Positions 48,159 through 59,062 are shown, numbered from the stretch's first letter. The stretch is DNA of 64,000 nt from an uncultured Bacteroidales bacterium (GCA_964634105.1 CAZWIU010000006.1:4288-68287); one strand, 5' to 3'. Numbers and translations are program-made. Notes: generated from the letters alone by a model not told the origin.

Positions 48159-49457
48159 ATGATCTGGAATAATCATATTGAATGCATGCAGCGGGAGAAA
48201 CTCGCCGATCTGCAAAGTACCCGGTTGAGCGAAATGATCGAGCGGATTTATTTTAATGTGCCATTCTACCGAAAGAAGCTTCAGGAATTAGGAGTTGAAC
48301 CTGGCGACATTAAAACTATTGACCAGTTAAGTAGTCTTCCGTTTACCACAAAACAGGATTTACGCGATAACTATCCCTTCGGCATGTTTGCCGTCCCTAA
48401 TACAGAGATCGTACGAATCCATGCTTCGAGTGGTACTACAGGCCGACCTACTGTGGTTGGCTATACACGTAAAGATCTTAATATCTGGTCCGAAGTAGTT
48501 GCACGCACATTAACTTCAGCCGGTGCAGGAAGAAGCGATATAATTCATATTGCATACGGTTACGGATTATTCACCGGTGGTCTTGGAGTTCATTATGGTG
48601 CAGAAAAAATCGGGGCGGCGGTATTGCCAATGTCCGGGGGAAATACGAAACGCCAGTTGCAGCTCATGCAGGACTTCGGATCAACCATCCTTGCATGTAC
48701 ACCATCGTATGCCATGTTCCTGGCCGAAGCTATGGACGAAGAAAAGATCGATCGCAGCACCATACGCCTGAAAGCAGGTGTTTTCGGTGCAGAACCATGG
48801 ACCGAAGAAATGAGGCAGGAAATTGAATCGAAGCTAAATATCCTGGCAATTGATATCTATGGCCTTAGCGAAATTATTGGGCCCGGCGTCGCAACTGAAT
48901 GTGAACACCAATGCGGATTGCATATCTATGAAGATCATTTTGTTCCCGAGGTGATCGACCCGGTGACCCTGAAAGTATTACCACCGGGTGAACTCGGCGA
49001 ACTGGTCTTCACAACAGTAACAAAAGAAGCTCTTCCGATGCTTCGCTACCGAACCCGCGACCTTACAAGGTTATATACCGATACCTGTGAATGCGGAAGA
49101 ACCATCGTGAGGATGGAAAAGTGCCTGGGCAGGTCCGACGATATGCTGATTATCAGGGGGGTGAATGTATTTCCCTCACAGATCGAATCGGTATTGCTCG
49201 AAATGAGCGAGACAAAACCTCACTACCAGCTGATTGTCGATCGGGTTAATAACCTCGATATTCTTGAGGTTTGGGTCGAAATTGATGACCAGTTCTTCTC
49301 CGATGAAATAAAAGAGCTCGAAAGCCTTAAGAAAAAAATTCAGAATAATATAGAAAGCACGCTTGGAATCAACGCATCGATAAAATTGGTTGAACCTAAG
49401 ACTATTGAACGTAGTGAAGGCAAGGCCAAAAGAGTGATCGACAAACGTAAGCTGTAA
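48159..49457 (+). CDS. paaK: Phenylacetate--CoA ligase (PaaK family adenylate-forming enzyme)
   Basis: 432 aa. The motifs are [38 protein letters not shown] and [11 protein letters not shown]. Confidence 0.88.
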   Translation: MIWNNHIECMQREKLADLQSTRLSEMIERIYFNVPFYRKKLQELGVEPGDIKTIDQLSSLPFTTKQDLRDNYPFGMFAVPNTEIVRIHASSGTTGRPTVVGYTRKDLNIWSEVVARTLTSAGAGRSDIIHIAYGYGLFTGGLGVHYGAEKIGAAVLPMSGGNTKRQLQLMQDFGSTILACTPSYAMFLAEAMDEEKIDRSTIRLKAGVFGAEPWTEEMRQEIESKLNILAIDIYGLSEIIGPGVATECEHQCGLHIYEDHFVPEVIDPVTLKVLPPGELGELVFTTVTKEALPMLRYRTRDLTRLYTDTCECGRTIVRMEKCLGRSDDMLIIRGVNVFPSQIESVLLEMSETKPHYQLIVDRVNNLDILEVWVEIDDQFFSDEIKELESLKKKIQNNIESTLGINASIKLVEPKTIERSEGKAKRVIDKRKL

Positions 49458-49472
49458 TTAAAATCAAAACGT

Positions 49473-49898
49473 ATGATTATCCGACAATTATCAGTATTCC
49501 TCGAAAACAAATCGGGACGACTTGCAGAGGTTACCCAGATACTGGGCGAAAACGGGATTAATATTTCCGCATTCTGTATTGCCGATACGGCCGAGTATGG
49601 TATACTCCGTATGATCGTCAGCAAGCCAAATGAGGCGTATACCAAGCTCAAGGAGAATGGCTTTGCTATTCACAGCACCGATGTTATCTGCCTGATCGTT
49701 CCGCATGAACCGGGAGGTTTATCACGGGCTTTAAGTATACTCTCACAGGAGAAGATCAGTATTGAATATATGTATGCTTTCGCTGTCGATAACGGAGCAT
49801 GGGTGATCATCCGCACCGATTCCATCCAGCAAACAATAGATATATTGCAGAAACATAAGATGGAGTTGAAGAAAGCGAATGATATCTATCAGTTATAA
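49473..49898 (+). CDS. ACT-domain protein
   Basis: 141 aa with two ACT-like halves (QLSVFLENKSGRLAEVTQILGENGINI). It is the typical partner downstream of PaaK-type ligases. Confidence 0.8.
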   Translation: MIIRQLSVFLENKSGRLAEVTQILGENGINISAFCIADTAEYGILRMIVSKPNEAYTKLKENGFAIHSTDVICLIVPHEPGGLSRALSILSQEKISIEYMYAFAVDNGAWVIIRTDSIQQTIDILQKHKMELKKANDIYQL

Positions 49899-49904
49899 TA
49901 CATA

Positions 49905-51113
49905 ATGGGAGACAGTTTAATGAGAAGGTTTTCAAAGGTAACATCGGCATTACGTGCATCGGAGATACGCGATTTAATGAGCCTGGCTATCCGTCCGGAT
50001 ATTATATCTTTTTCAGGAGGAATGCCGGGGAACGATCTGTTCCCCATTAATGCAGTCGATAAGATCTATAGTGGCCTTTCGGCTCTTAAGAAGGAGATAG
50101 CTTTCCAGTATGGCCCTACTCCTGGATATCCACCGCTGCTTGAATCATTAAGGGAATTCCTTCGGAAAAAGGGAATGCCGGTCGACGACAATAAGTTACT
50201 GATTACTACAGGCTCACTGCAGGCAATTAATATTCTCACAAAGGTATATGTCGATCCGGGTGATGTGGTCATCACGGAGAATCCATGTTTTATCGGAGCC
50301 ATATCAGCGTTCCGTTCCTATGAGGCTAAACTGGAGAGTATCCCACTGGATCAGGATGGTATCGATGTAAAAATACTCGAAGCGACCATGGATAAATACC
50401 CTGAGGCAAAGATGCTCTATCTGACTCCCTATTTTCATAACCCTGCCGGTATTATTTATAGCAATAACCGGAAAAATGAGATTATCAATTTACTTCAGAA
50501 ACACAATATACCTTTACTGGAAGACGATGCATACGGCGATTTGTATTTTTATAAGGAGGATGCCAAACGGGTTTGTCCGATGAAAGCAATGAATCCGCAG
50601 GGGTTTGATATTTGCTACACAAGTTCGTTCTCGAAAATACTGGGGCCAGGCCTGCGCCTTGGTTGGATGCTTGTGCCGGAGGAGATTTACCAGAAATCGG
50701 AATTATGCAAACAGTCGATGGATGCCTGCTCTCCTACATTTACCCAGGTAATTGCCGATGAATTCATACGTTCGGGCGCCATATATACCTATATTAATTT
50801 TCTCAGGGAAGCATACCTCTCGCGTGCCGAAGCTATGGTCAAAGCCCTGAAAGCTACCTTGCCCGACTATGTTAAATTCCAGGAACCCAGGGGGGGATTT
50901 TATATCTGGCTGCAACTGCCTGAAGGTACCGATTCCAACCTTATTCTGAAAGAGGCGATCGAGAATGGCGTTGTATTGGTTGTAGGCAAGACTTTCGATC
51001 CCCAGGGGAAGAGGAATAATTATATTCGTTTGTCATTTTCAAATACCCCCGAAGCCGATATAGAAAAGGGAGTGCCCCTTGTTGCAGCGGCCATCAAAAA
51101 AATCTGTGGTTAA
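49905..51113 (+). CDS. PLP-dependent aminotransferase (class I/II fold)
   Basis: 402 aa. The PLP-Lys region is SSFSKILGPGLRLGW, and the C-terminal motif is IRLSFS. Confidence 0.85.
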   Translation: MGDSLMRRFSKVTSALRASEIRDLMSLAIRPDIISFSGGMPGNDLFPINAVDKIYSGLSALKKEIAFQYGPTPGYPPLLESLREFLRKKGMPVDDNKLLITTGSLQAINILTKVYVDPGDVVITENPCFIGAISAFRSYEAKLESIPLDQDGIDVKILEATMDKYPEAKMLYLTPYFHNPAGIIYSNNRKNEIINLLQKHNIPLLEDDAYGDLYFYKEDAKRVCPMKAMNPQGFDICYTSSFSKILGPGLRLGWMLVPEEIYQKSELCKQSMDACSPTFTQVIADEFIRSGAIYTYINFLREAYLSRAEAMVKALKATLPDYVKFQEPRGGFYIWLQLPEGTDSNLILKEAIENGVVLVVGKTFDPQGKRNNYIRLSFSNTPEADIEKGVPLVAAAIKKICG

Positions 51114-51114
51114 T

Positions 51115-52152
51115 CTATTTTGATTGTTTCAGGTCAGTTTCCTCTCTTGTAAGTGTGTTTTCGGCATTATAAATGGCAGTAAGTTCTTCCTGCGTATTCG
51201 CTTGCAATACAAGTTCCGACCAGGCCATAAACCAGACCCAGTTCGGCTGTTGAGAAATAATTTCAGCAGTTGGCAGTTTTCCCACTTCCCCAAGGGCTAT
51301 TAACCGGCCTTCGCCAAGCACCAACAGTTGATCATAATCCGATTGCTGATAATTCCTCCGGTAAACATCGGTGGCCAGGATATCGACATAGTTGTGACCA
51401 GGGTAAAAATCCGCATAAGGAGCCATCCAGTTGCCGCTTATCTCGTTGGCATTAAATACCCATATCAGATTATTGATATGATGATAGTTCACCAGTCGGT
51501 CGAAAAGCATTCTATATAGTTTCCTGTATCCGTTCTCACCGGTTCTGAACCCCCACCAGAACCAGTTCCCATTCATTTCATGGTAAGGCCTCCAAAGAAT
51601 GGGTACCCGGGCATCGCGTAACTGTTTCAGAAAAAATGCTATCACATCAACCTGCGACTGCCACCGCCTGTTTAATTCGGTATCGGGTGTTATAAGTTCA
51701 TTCCATTGTTCATCGGTAAGTTTTGACTGGATGTCTTTCCTGAAAGTAACTGGTTCTTCCATATCAGGCGGAACAGCATGCCACATAAGAGTGATGATAG
51801 ATCCTTCGTTCCAGTATTTTATGGCATCGTCCACAAGTTTCTGACGAAAGTTGATACCATCTAACGTGTTGGGCTCGCTGAATCCAAAATCCATTCCTTT
51901 TACCGCCGGGTGACTGCCTGTAATTTCGTAAACACGTTGATAATATGCTGAACCAAATAATGGTTGGTCATGCTGCCCGGTAAGGGTAACTTTCCCAGAC
52001 AGACTGCAAAGATACCTGTATAATGCAGTGGCTTCAGCTGATGCACTTGGAGTTACGAGGTCTTTTGGCGGAGCAAATTGTGCAAACGCAGCTATTACCT
52101 GTGAAAAAGCTGCAATGAGTGATAATTTTCGGAGTATGGATTTCATCATCAT
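51115..52152 (-). CDS. Glycoside hydrolase family 26 (beta-mannanase-like)
   Basis: 345 aa with a signal peptide. The GH26 hallmark is ILWRPYHEMNGNWFWWG, and the second catalytic region is LIALGEVG. Confidence 0.85.
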   Translation of the reverse strand: MMMKSILRKLSLIAAFSQVIAAFAQFAPPKDLVTPSASAEATALYRYLCSLSGKVTLTGQHDQPLFGSAYYQRVYEITGSHPAVKGMDFGFSEPNTLDGINFRQKLVDDAIKYWNEGSIITLMWHAVPPDMEEPVTFRKDIQSKLTDEQWNELITPDTELNRRWQSQVDVIAFFLKQLRDARVPILWRPYHEMNGNWFWWGFRTGENGYRKLYRMLFDRLVNYHHINNLIWVFNANEISGNWMAPYADFYPGHNYVDILATDVYRRNYQQSDYDQLLVLGEGRLIALGEVGKLPTAEIISQQPNWVWFMAWSELVLQANTQEELTAIYNAENTLTREETDLKQSK

Positions 52153-52302
52153 CGATTTGATTATTGTGCGAATATAAGCAACTTATAATATAATCCAGGA
52201 CTGTCCTGCATTACAATTGTTTTCAATTCCCTGTTCAGAGCGGTTGTAAATTTGAACAATTATTGTACTTTTATTTCCTGAAATTACAACAACCATCAAA
52301 CC

Positions 52303-52623
52303 ATGATTTTGACAACCACTCCCTTTGTTGAAGGAAAAAAAATTACTCAATATCACGGTATTGTAACCGGCGAAGCAATAATAGGAGCTAACCTCTTTAA
52401 AGATATTTTTGCCAGTATCACCGATATTGTTGGTGGGCGCTCGGGTTCCTATGAGCAGGTTCTTCGTGATACTAAAGATAATGCATTAAGAGAGCTTGAA
52501 GCCAATGCTCGTCAGTTGGGCGCCAATGCAGTAATAGGAATTGATCTCGATTACGAAACCGTTGGCCATAACGGAAGTATGCTGATGGTATCGGCGAGCG
52601 GCACGGCAGTTCATGTTGAATAG
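52303..52623 (+). CDS. ybjQ: YbjQ-family (UPF0145) protein
   Basis: 106 aa. The motifs are [33 protein letters not shown] and [13 protein letters not shown]. Confidence 0.85.
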   Translation: MILTTTPFVEGKKITQYHGIVTGEAIIGANLFKDIFASITDIVGGRSGSYEQVLRDTKDNALRELEANARQLGANAVIGIDLDYETVGHNGSMLMVSASGTAVHVE

Positions 52624-52640
52624 TTATATTTCTCCCAATT

Positions 52641-53741
52641 GTGTATCATAATTTAATCAGGAATATTCTGTCAGTGAATTCTCCCGGGATACGGAGAGGA
52701 TTTTTTATTTGGGTAATGTTCATGATCGCTACCCTGAACCTGTATTCACAGAAAATCCTTCCGGATACTTTCTATATCGATGTTAAACCGGATACCCTCA
52801 TTGAACTTAAAAATATTTGTATTGATGAGGTAGTGGATAATCGAGATGAGGATCCGCGTTTTGTGAGGTATAACAGCAAGAATAAATACCTTCTCATTCC
52901 GGTGGATCAGGAAGTGTATTTGCAATCGCCGCTGGCCAATCTGCTCAAAATGGAAACAACCTGCGACAGTTCCGACAAAAATTACAGGATTGAGATCAAT
53001 AAATTTCAGATTGAAAAGCAGAAGGGGAAATTCCGGTCTCTTACATACCTGGTAGCCGATTTGCCGGTGTATGAAAAAGTCAACGATGCGTGGATCTACC
53101 GGGGAACTTTTTTCTACGATTACCTGTATCTTCCACAGGTTAAGAAAGAAAAACTGGCTCAGTCAACGGAGAATGTAATAGGAAAGTGGCAAACCGAATT
53201 CAAGCTTGATCTCCTGACCCTCTGTCTTGATTCTTCGCTGCGTTCGCAGCAGCAGTATTCAAATTTCATTGCCGACAGAGCTGTGAAATCGTTATACATG
53301 AATACCACGGCGACAGCATTCATGGGATATCGTTGGTGGGGTTTTCAGGGTGAGATCTCTTTTACACGACCCGAAACAAACGCCCGGTCGGAGTATTCTG
53401 CAGGCATTTTCCGGTATCAGAATACAAGTTCGTATCAGTCGTTTGCGATTGGTAAACAATCGAAGCATATTCTGTTCAGGAGAAGTGACAGCTGGTTGTT
53501 CGATGTTGATTTTAATTTTCTGATCGGTTTCTGTAAATGGAAAGACGTTGAACGAGACAAACCTACCTTGTATCAACTTTTTGATCTTGAATTATCTTCG
53601 GTACAGTCGGTTATTATTAACCCAATAAACTCAAAGGGTTTGATACTCCGTTTCGGTATCATAGAGAATATGAATTATGTTGTTGTAAGAAGACCTGAGT
53701 TTCAGGCAGGACTTGTGATTGGACTGGGTTTGAAAATCTAA
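52641..53741 (+). CDS. Hypothetical secreted or outer-membrane protein
   Basis: 366 aa with a GTG start. It has a signal-like N-terminus (FFIWVMFMIATLNLYSQ) and a C-terminal half with alternating hydrophobic, beta-rich character. It lies 12 nt upstream of the TonB-dependent receptor gene. Confidence 0.5.
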   Translation: MYHNLIRNILSVNSPGIRRGFFIWVMFMIATLNLYSQKILPDTFYIDVKPDTLIELKNICIDEVVDNRDEDPRFVRYNSKNKYLLIPVDQEVYLQSPLANLLKMETTCDSSDKNYRIEINKFQIEKQKGKFRSLTYLVADLPVYEKVNDAWIYRGTFFYDYLYLPQVKKEKLAQSTENVIGKWQTEFKLDLLTLCLDSSLRSQQQYSNFIADRAVKSLYMNTTATAFMGYRWWGFQGEISFTRPETNARSEYSAGIFRYQNTSSYQSFAIGKQSKHILFRRSDSWLFDVDFNFLIGFCKWKDVERDKPTLYQLFDLELSSVQSVIINPINSKGLILRFGIIENMNYVVVRRPEFQAGLVIGLGLKI

Positions 53742-53753
53742 ACAGGGCAGGCA

Positions 53754-56141
53754 ATGAATTACAGGAAACTACCTTATTATATTGTACTCTTCCTGATCCA
53801 GTTTTTATGTATTGGATTGGATGCACAAAAGTTGGCCGTATCAGGCTATATTGTGGATAAAATCTCCAAAGAAACTTTGGTTGGTGCCATAGTAGCCGAT
53901 TCTGCATCCAACAGGATAGTCATTTCCAATAGCTACGGATTCTTCCGTATGGTCGGACTTGAATCTGGCAGGCATACCTTGATTTTCACTTTTCTTGGCT
54001 ATGAACCGACTACCCTTCAGCTGGATCTTGGCGAGAAAAGTATCGTTTTGCCAGATATTTCGCTGGCACCCAAGATCACTGAATTGGTTGAAGTGTCAAT
54101 TATTGGCGCGAAACCTGATGCTCCTGCCGATCGTGAGGTGGAAACAAGCATGATTGAATTATCAGCGAAATCAATTAAATCTATCCCGACTGCAAGCAAT
54201 GATGTTTTTTCTGCTGTTAAATACCTGCCCGGTATTGATCGCACCGAGCCATTTTCTCCACTATATACGGTGCGAGGAGGTGAACCGGGTGAAAATGCAG
54301 TCCTCCTCGATGGCGTAATGATCTATAATCCATACCATGCTTCAATTAATTCCGGTATTTTTAATACCCAGATCATTAAATCGGTTGATATGCTTGTTGG
54401 AGGATTTGGCGCTGAATACGGCGGAAGGAATTCTTCTGTAATGTATATTTCGACAATCGATGGTAATAGCAGTGAACTGCACGGAGAGATCGAACCCAGT
54501 ACCTTTCATTCCAAACTTTTTGTTGAATTCCCGGTCGGTGAAAAGGGTTCTGCAATTGTTGCCGGGCGCTATTTTTTCGATATGTTCTCGGAATTTATCT
54601 TTCAGAGCAGAAGCTATTTCTACGATTTTAACCTTTCCTACACATGCAGGATAAACCCGAAAAACCGGTTGACCCTTAAATATTTCCAATCGCACGACCG
54701 CAGCAACATCGAGATGAATACTTTTTATAAATATCTCGACTATACGATCGGAATGGATTTTTACGAAGACTTCTACTTCCGTATGACAAACCGGTGGACC
54801 AACCGTGCAGCTACAATAATTCATAAATGGGTAGTCAACCCGCGAATATACTTGCGAAGCCAGGTGTATTATTCCTACCATAGTTCAGATAATTTTTCAG
54901 GTATGGATTTCGTCCTGCCCGAGGTACTGGGGAACGATTCTACATATATCGATTTTATGCTGAAATCGAGTTCCGATTTCATAAACTACATTAGTGATGT
55001 ATCTGCGAAAACGCAGATGAATTTTATGCTGGCAAAGTATAACACACTGACGGCAGGAATTGATTTCAACCGGTATAATTTTAAAAATGAGGCCCTGATA
55101 AACGATATCGATCAGGGATCATTAATTCGTTCACCCAACCAGTGGGCTTTATTTGTTGAGGATAAATTGGAAGCCGGACCATTGATTCTGCGGCCGGGAG
55201 TGAGGATCACCCAATACGACGACTTCGATTTGTACTATGAACCCCGTGTAAATGCAGTCATTTCATTGCCAGCCCGAATGCGTTTACGTGCTGCATGGGG
55301 AGCTTATCACCAATTTGTAATCAGCATGAATACAAACGAGATCGAAATGAATCAGGCAGTTGATTACTATTTTCCATTACGCGGCTATGAACCCAGCAAA
55401 TCGTTACATTACATTCTTGGTCTCGAGAAACAACTAAACGAGCAGTCGGTTCTTTCACTCGACCTGTATTATAAGGATATTCAGCGTGTTTATACGTTTG
55501 ATATTAATCAGAGAGAATCGGAGATTATTACCCTCAGCGAGAAATTGCAGCAGGGGTCGGGCAATGCTTATGGGGCTGAACTGATGATAAGAGGGGCGTA
55601 TAAGAATATTTCCGGATGGTGCAGTTATGGCCTGGCATGGGCTAACCGTCAATATCCATTTCTGAACAACGGCGAAAAGTATCCCTATGATTACAACAGG
55701 AGGCATACTCTGAAACTCGTAGGAAATTATTTTATTACTAAAACCCTGGAATATAATCTTTCCTTCACCTTCCTTTCAGGCTCTTACAGAAGTATCGAAA
55801 GAATAAGGCAGGATTACTATTATTACGATCCGCAGAACGAACAAATAAGCCTGTTTCCAATCTGGAAACCCGATGCAAAAAATAATGCTAAAATGCCTCC
55901 TCACATAAATCTTGATATGAGTATCAGGAAAAGGTTAAGGACAGGTTTTGGCAAACAATTGTCGGATGTCTTCAATGCGAAAGAATCGTATCTTACGGTT
56001 ACCATCCGTAACCTGACGTTCTTCAGAAGAAATGTTGAATATTATTTTCCGATGGATATACCGGTATGGCCTGATAAATACCTGGCTATCGGTACAAACT
56101 ATATCCCGTCGGTCGGGTTGAGTTATACTATTAAATTTTAA
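53754..56141 (+). CDS. TonB-dependent receptor with an N-terminal carboxypeptidase-regulatory-like domain
   Basis: 795 aa. The CarboxypepD_reg domain is VSGYIVDKISKETLVGAIVADSASNRIVISNSYGFFRM. A plug region is present (VRGGEPGENAVLLDGVMIYNPYH), and the barrel ends in SYTIKF. Confidence 0.85.
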   Translation: MNYRKLPYYIVLFLIQFLCIGLDAQKLAVSGYIVDKISKETLVGAIVADSASNRIVISNSYGFFRMVGLESGRHTLIFTFLGYEPTTLQLDLGEKSIVLPDISLAPKITELVEVSIIGAKPDAPADREVETSMIELSAKSIKSIPTASNDVFSAVKYLPGIDRTEPFSPLYTVRGGEPGENAVLLDGVMIYNPYHASINSGIFNTQIIKSVDMLVGGFGAEYGGRNSSVMYISTIDGNSSELHGEIEPSTFHSKLFVEFPVGEKGSAIVAGRYFFDMFSEFIFQSRSYFYDFNLSYTCRINPKNRLTLKYFQSHDRSNIEMNTFYKYLDYTIGMDFYEDFYFRMTNRWTNRAATIIHKWVVNPRIYLRSQVYYSYHSSDNFSGMDFVLPEVLGNDSTYIDFMLKSSSDFINYISDVSAKTQMNFMLAKYNTLTAGIDFNRYNFKNEALINDIDQGSLIRSPNQWALFVEDKLEAGPLILRPGVRITQYDDFDLYYEPRVNAVISLPARMRLRAAWGAYHQFVISMNTNEIEMNQAVDYYFPLRGYEPSKSLHYILGLEKQLNEQSVLSLDLYYKDIQRVYTFDINQRESEIITLSEKLQQGSGNAYGAELMIRGAYKNISGWCSYGLAWANRQYPFLNNGEKYPYDYNRRHTLKLVGNYFITKTLEYNLSFTFLSGSYRSIERIRQDYYYYDPQNEQISLFPIWKPDAKNNAKMPPHINLDMSIRKRLRTGFGKQLSDVFNAKESYLTVTIRNLTFFRRNVEYYFPMDIPVWPDKYLAIGTNYIPSVGLSYTIKF

Positions 56142-56144
56142 ACT

Positions 56145-56951
56145 ATGCCTAACAGAACGAAATATAGCATACTTAGTGCATGTATCATCCTTCTTCTCAT
56201 GCAGGCATGCGAATATTACCTCGGCATTAATCAACAGCCAAAATTTACGGATGAGAATACGATCGAAGGGTTGAATATTTTCGGGGTACTTCGTCCCGAC
56301 TCGGCCGGTAATTTCAATAAATCGTTCGTGTTCGTTCAAAAAATCTGGCCTGTCCTGGAGATGGATAGCTTTAAGATCATACCCGATGCCAGTGTTCGGA
56401 TAGAGCATATCAAAAGTGATACAGTATATGAAACCTTCTTATTCCCGTTGGTCCCTTCCGATATTAATTTTAACGATACACTCTACAGGCCGCTGGATCA
56501 TTTTGTTCCTCAACCCCGGGAACGTTACAGGATGATATGTGAGTATAAAGATTTACCGGATGCTGTGGGAGAAACTACCTTTCCTCCACCGCCAGCCATT
56601 GTGCCGAATACAATCCGGATAAATGGAAGGGAAGTGTCATTTTCAGTAGCTCCCGATACCTTAATAGAAATGCTCGATATTTATCTTGTTGCGGAGGGAT
56701 TTGGCATTCTCCTCAGCCGTATCATCACAGATGATGCTTCAGCAGCGGATATCGAACTAGTGCTACCAGTCGATCCTGTAAATGCATCGTTGAAAATTTT
56801 CGGGTATGATCCGTCTCTTGCAATATATAACGGGAATGCCAATACTTCCCTGAATTTTAACAAATACAGAACAGCTATCTCGACTCTGGAAAGCGGCTTT
56901 GGTGTATTTGGCTCGTTGAATTATACCGTCATTGATCTTACCGACAAATAA
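56145..56951 (+). CDS. DUF4249-like lipoprotein (usual partner of this receptor class)
   Basis: 268 aa. The lipobox is LLLMQACE. It starts 3 nt after the receptor stop. The family call rests on size, position and beta-rich sequence. Confidence 0.55.
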   Translation: MPNRTKYSILSACIILLLMQACEYYLGINQQPKFTDENTIEGLNIFGVLRPDSAGNFNKSFVFVQKIWPVLEMDSFKIIPDASVRIEHIKSDTVYETFLFPLVPSDINFNDTLYRPLDHFVPQPRERYRMICEYKDLPDAVGETTFPPPPAIVPNTIRINGREVSFSVAPDTLIEMLDIYLVAEGFGILLSRIITDDASAADIELVLPVDPVNASLKIFGYDPSLAIYNGNANTSLNFNKYRTAISTLESGFGVFGSLNYTVIDLTDK

Positions 56952-56962
56952 AGACAGATCTG

Positions 56963-58318
56963 CTATTTGATACTTTTAACTGGCTTTCCGGAAAAGGGCA
57001 ACTCAACAGTAAATACCGATCCTTTTCCGGGTTCAGAATTCAACTTTATTTCCCCACCCATTAAGTTAACCAGGTCGTATGTGATTGATAAGCCCAGGCC
57101 ATTACTTCCAAAAGGACTGGCAACAGACGAATCCAGTTTCCAGAAGCGTTTAAAAATATTTGCCTGATGTTTCTTATCGATACCTATACCTGTGTCCTCA
57201 ACGTAAATCTTTAGAGTACTATTACCTACATTGTAGCCAAGCGTAATTCTTCCCTTGGGGGTGAACCTGATGGCATTTTTCATCAGGTTATCGATAACTT
57301 GTTTAAGCCTGGCAGGATCGGTATTAAGAAGATAATCGGAACCTTGATCCGGAATTTTAAGTTTCAGATCTACTTCTTCGTTCTTTGATGCAAGTTCGTT
57401 CTTAAAATAGCTATAAATAGCAGTAAGCAGATCGTTTATACGAATATCTTTATACTCCAGCTTCAAAACGCCGCTTTCAATTTTCGAAATATCAAGCAGA
57501 TCGTTAATCACAGTCAATAACTGATGCGAATTCAGGTCGATGATCTCAGCGTAGTGTTTCTGTTTCTCAAGGGTAAGACTGCGGTTAGTCAGGAGCTTGG
57601 TAAAACCCAGTATGCCGTTTAAGGGAGTACGTATTTCATGCGATAGGTTGGCCATAAAAGCTGTTTTCATCCTGTTGCTTTCTTCAGCGCGAAGTTTTTC
57701 TTCGATGAGTTTTTTTTCGGTTTCGATACGTTCGAGCGAATGTTCTATCAGGACGGCAATTGTTTTGAGAAATCGTATGATCTCAGGAGGCCATTCCTTC
57801 ACTGGTCGTCTGTTCATCAACCCTACATACCCGTTGAATTTTTTACGGGAAGTAAAAGAGCATATGGCAATGGAACCAACTCGCTGTTTTTTGTAGAGAG
57901 CCTTTTCCTGCGATGCTTCAGCATCGGGAAGTTTCTTTACATCTGGTATAGCTATATACCCCTGGTGGCGTTGTTTCTTTTCAAAATAAGGATATCGGAC
58001 CATGGGTATATTCTGGGCGAATCGCTTTATAGGAAGTACCCCGAAACGACACACCTCGTGCGCTATACCCATTTTTTCCGGATCATCGGGATTCACCTGC
58101 ATAATAACTGCTCTTTCAGCTCCCGACCAATGGAGAATTTCTTTAAGAGCACGATCTATGGCATAGCTGAGTTTCGACGGGTATACAAAATCAACAGCAA
58201 TTTTTGAAATGGAAACACCTATTGATTCACTCCGGTTAAGTGCCTTCTGCAAGTATTTATTTTCCTTGCTAAGATCCCTTTTCTTTAAAGGCATGACATT
58301 CAAAAAATAGTTACTCAA
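56963..58318 (-). CDS. Soluble GAF-domain sensor histidine kinase (no receiver domain)
   Basis: 451 aa. An N-terminal GAF-like domain is followed by the H-box FMANLSHEIRTPLNGILGF, the N-box LMKNAIRFT, G1 DTGIGI and G2 GSNGLGLS. There are no TM segments. Confidence 0.85.
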   Translation of the reverse strand: MSNYFLNVMPLKKRDLSKENKYLQKALNRSESIGVSISKIAVDFVYPSKLSYAIDRALKEILHWSGAERAVIMQVNPDDPEKMGIAHEVCRFGVLPIKRFAQNIPMVRYPYFEKKQRHQGYIAIPDVKKLPDAEASQEKALYKKQRVGSIAICSFTSRKKFNGYVGLMNRRPVKEWPPEIIRFLKTIAVLIEHSLERIETEKKLIEEKLRAEESNRMKTAFMANLSHEIRTPLNGILGFTKLLTNRSLTLEKQKHYAEIIDLNSHQLLTVINDLLDISKIESGVLKLEYKDIRINDLLTAIYSYFKNELASKNEEVDLKLKIPDQGSDYLLNTDPARLKQVIDNLMKNAIRFTPKGRITLGYNVGNSTLKIYVEDTGIGIDKKHQANIFKRFWKLDSSVASPFGSNGLGLSITYDLVNLMGGEIKLNSEPGKGSVFTVELPFSGKPVKSIK

Positions 58319-58627
58319 AGACTAACCCTACGTTATCCTGCTTGTACCTGAATTGGGTTTGATGAGATTTCTTTCAATATATAAATTAACAAAAAAAATT
58401 GAGATAATATAGTCGCTTGAAGGAATAATACTTTACATACTGCATTTCATCTGTTGATCGATTCTTTTTATGAACTGATCAAAAGTTAATTTGTTTTCTG
58501 TAACGATAGGGTTAACTTATCGTATGAAATTATGACGATTCGTGCATTAAGTAAGAAACGAATTTTCGTGATGTACTAAAAACAAAAAAAAGCGTTTAAA
58601 AATTAAACTCTACAACTGTTATAAGTT

Positions 58628-58837
58628 ATGTCAGTAAATACGATGTTGGATCATCAGAAATATATTCTTGAAAATGTGGTTGATGATCGCGAATTATTCC
58701 GGAAGGAACTTAAGAAATCAATAAGCTGGCTTGAACCTGATGATGTAAAGAAATTGTATCTTTGGTTAAAGGCTAACTTCTGGAAGTCTCATAAAGATCT
58801 GCTTCTTTCAGTTTCAAAGAAAGTAGCTGCCCTATAA
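58628..58837 (+). CDS. Small hypothetical protein (69 aa)
   Basis: The ORF has a helical, charged sequence. It is followed after 12 nt by a second small ORF, and I recognise no family. Confidence 0.4.
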   Translation: MSVNTMLDHQKYILENVVDDRELFRKELKKSISWLEPDDVKKLYLWLKANFWKSHKDLLLSVSKKVAAL

Positions 58838-58849
58838 AATAAAGGGAAT

Positions 58850-59062
58850 ATGAAAAAGGAAAAAAGCTATTACAGGATTTATAATAAGTATGGACTTGAG
58901 GGATATTACATACCGGTCCGTAATACTTTTAGTAAAGACATTGAATACGAATTCATCCCGATTAAAGCCAAAGATATCTTTGAGAAAAAATTTGGCGAAC
59001 GCATCATTACAGATGAAGAATTTCTGAACTGGTTCTCAGAAAATGCAGTTAATTTTCAGTGA
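58850..59062 (+). CDS. Small hypothetical protein (70 aa)
   Basis: This ORF is tandem to the 58628 ORF. I recognise no family. Confidence 0.4.
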   Translation: MKKEKSYYRIYNKYGLEGYYIPVRNTFSKDIEYEFIPIKAKDIFEKKFGERIITDEEFLNWFSENAVNFQ

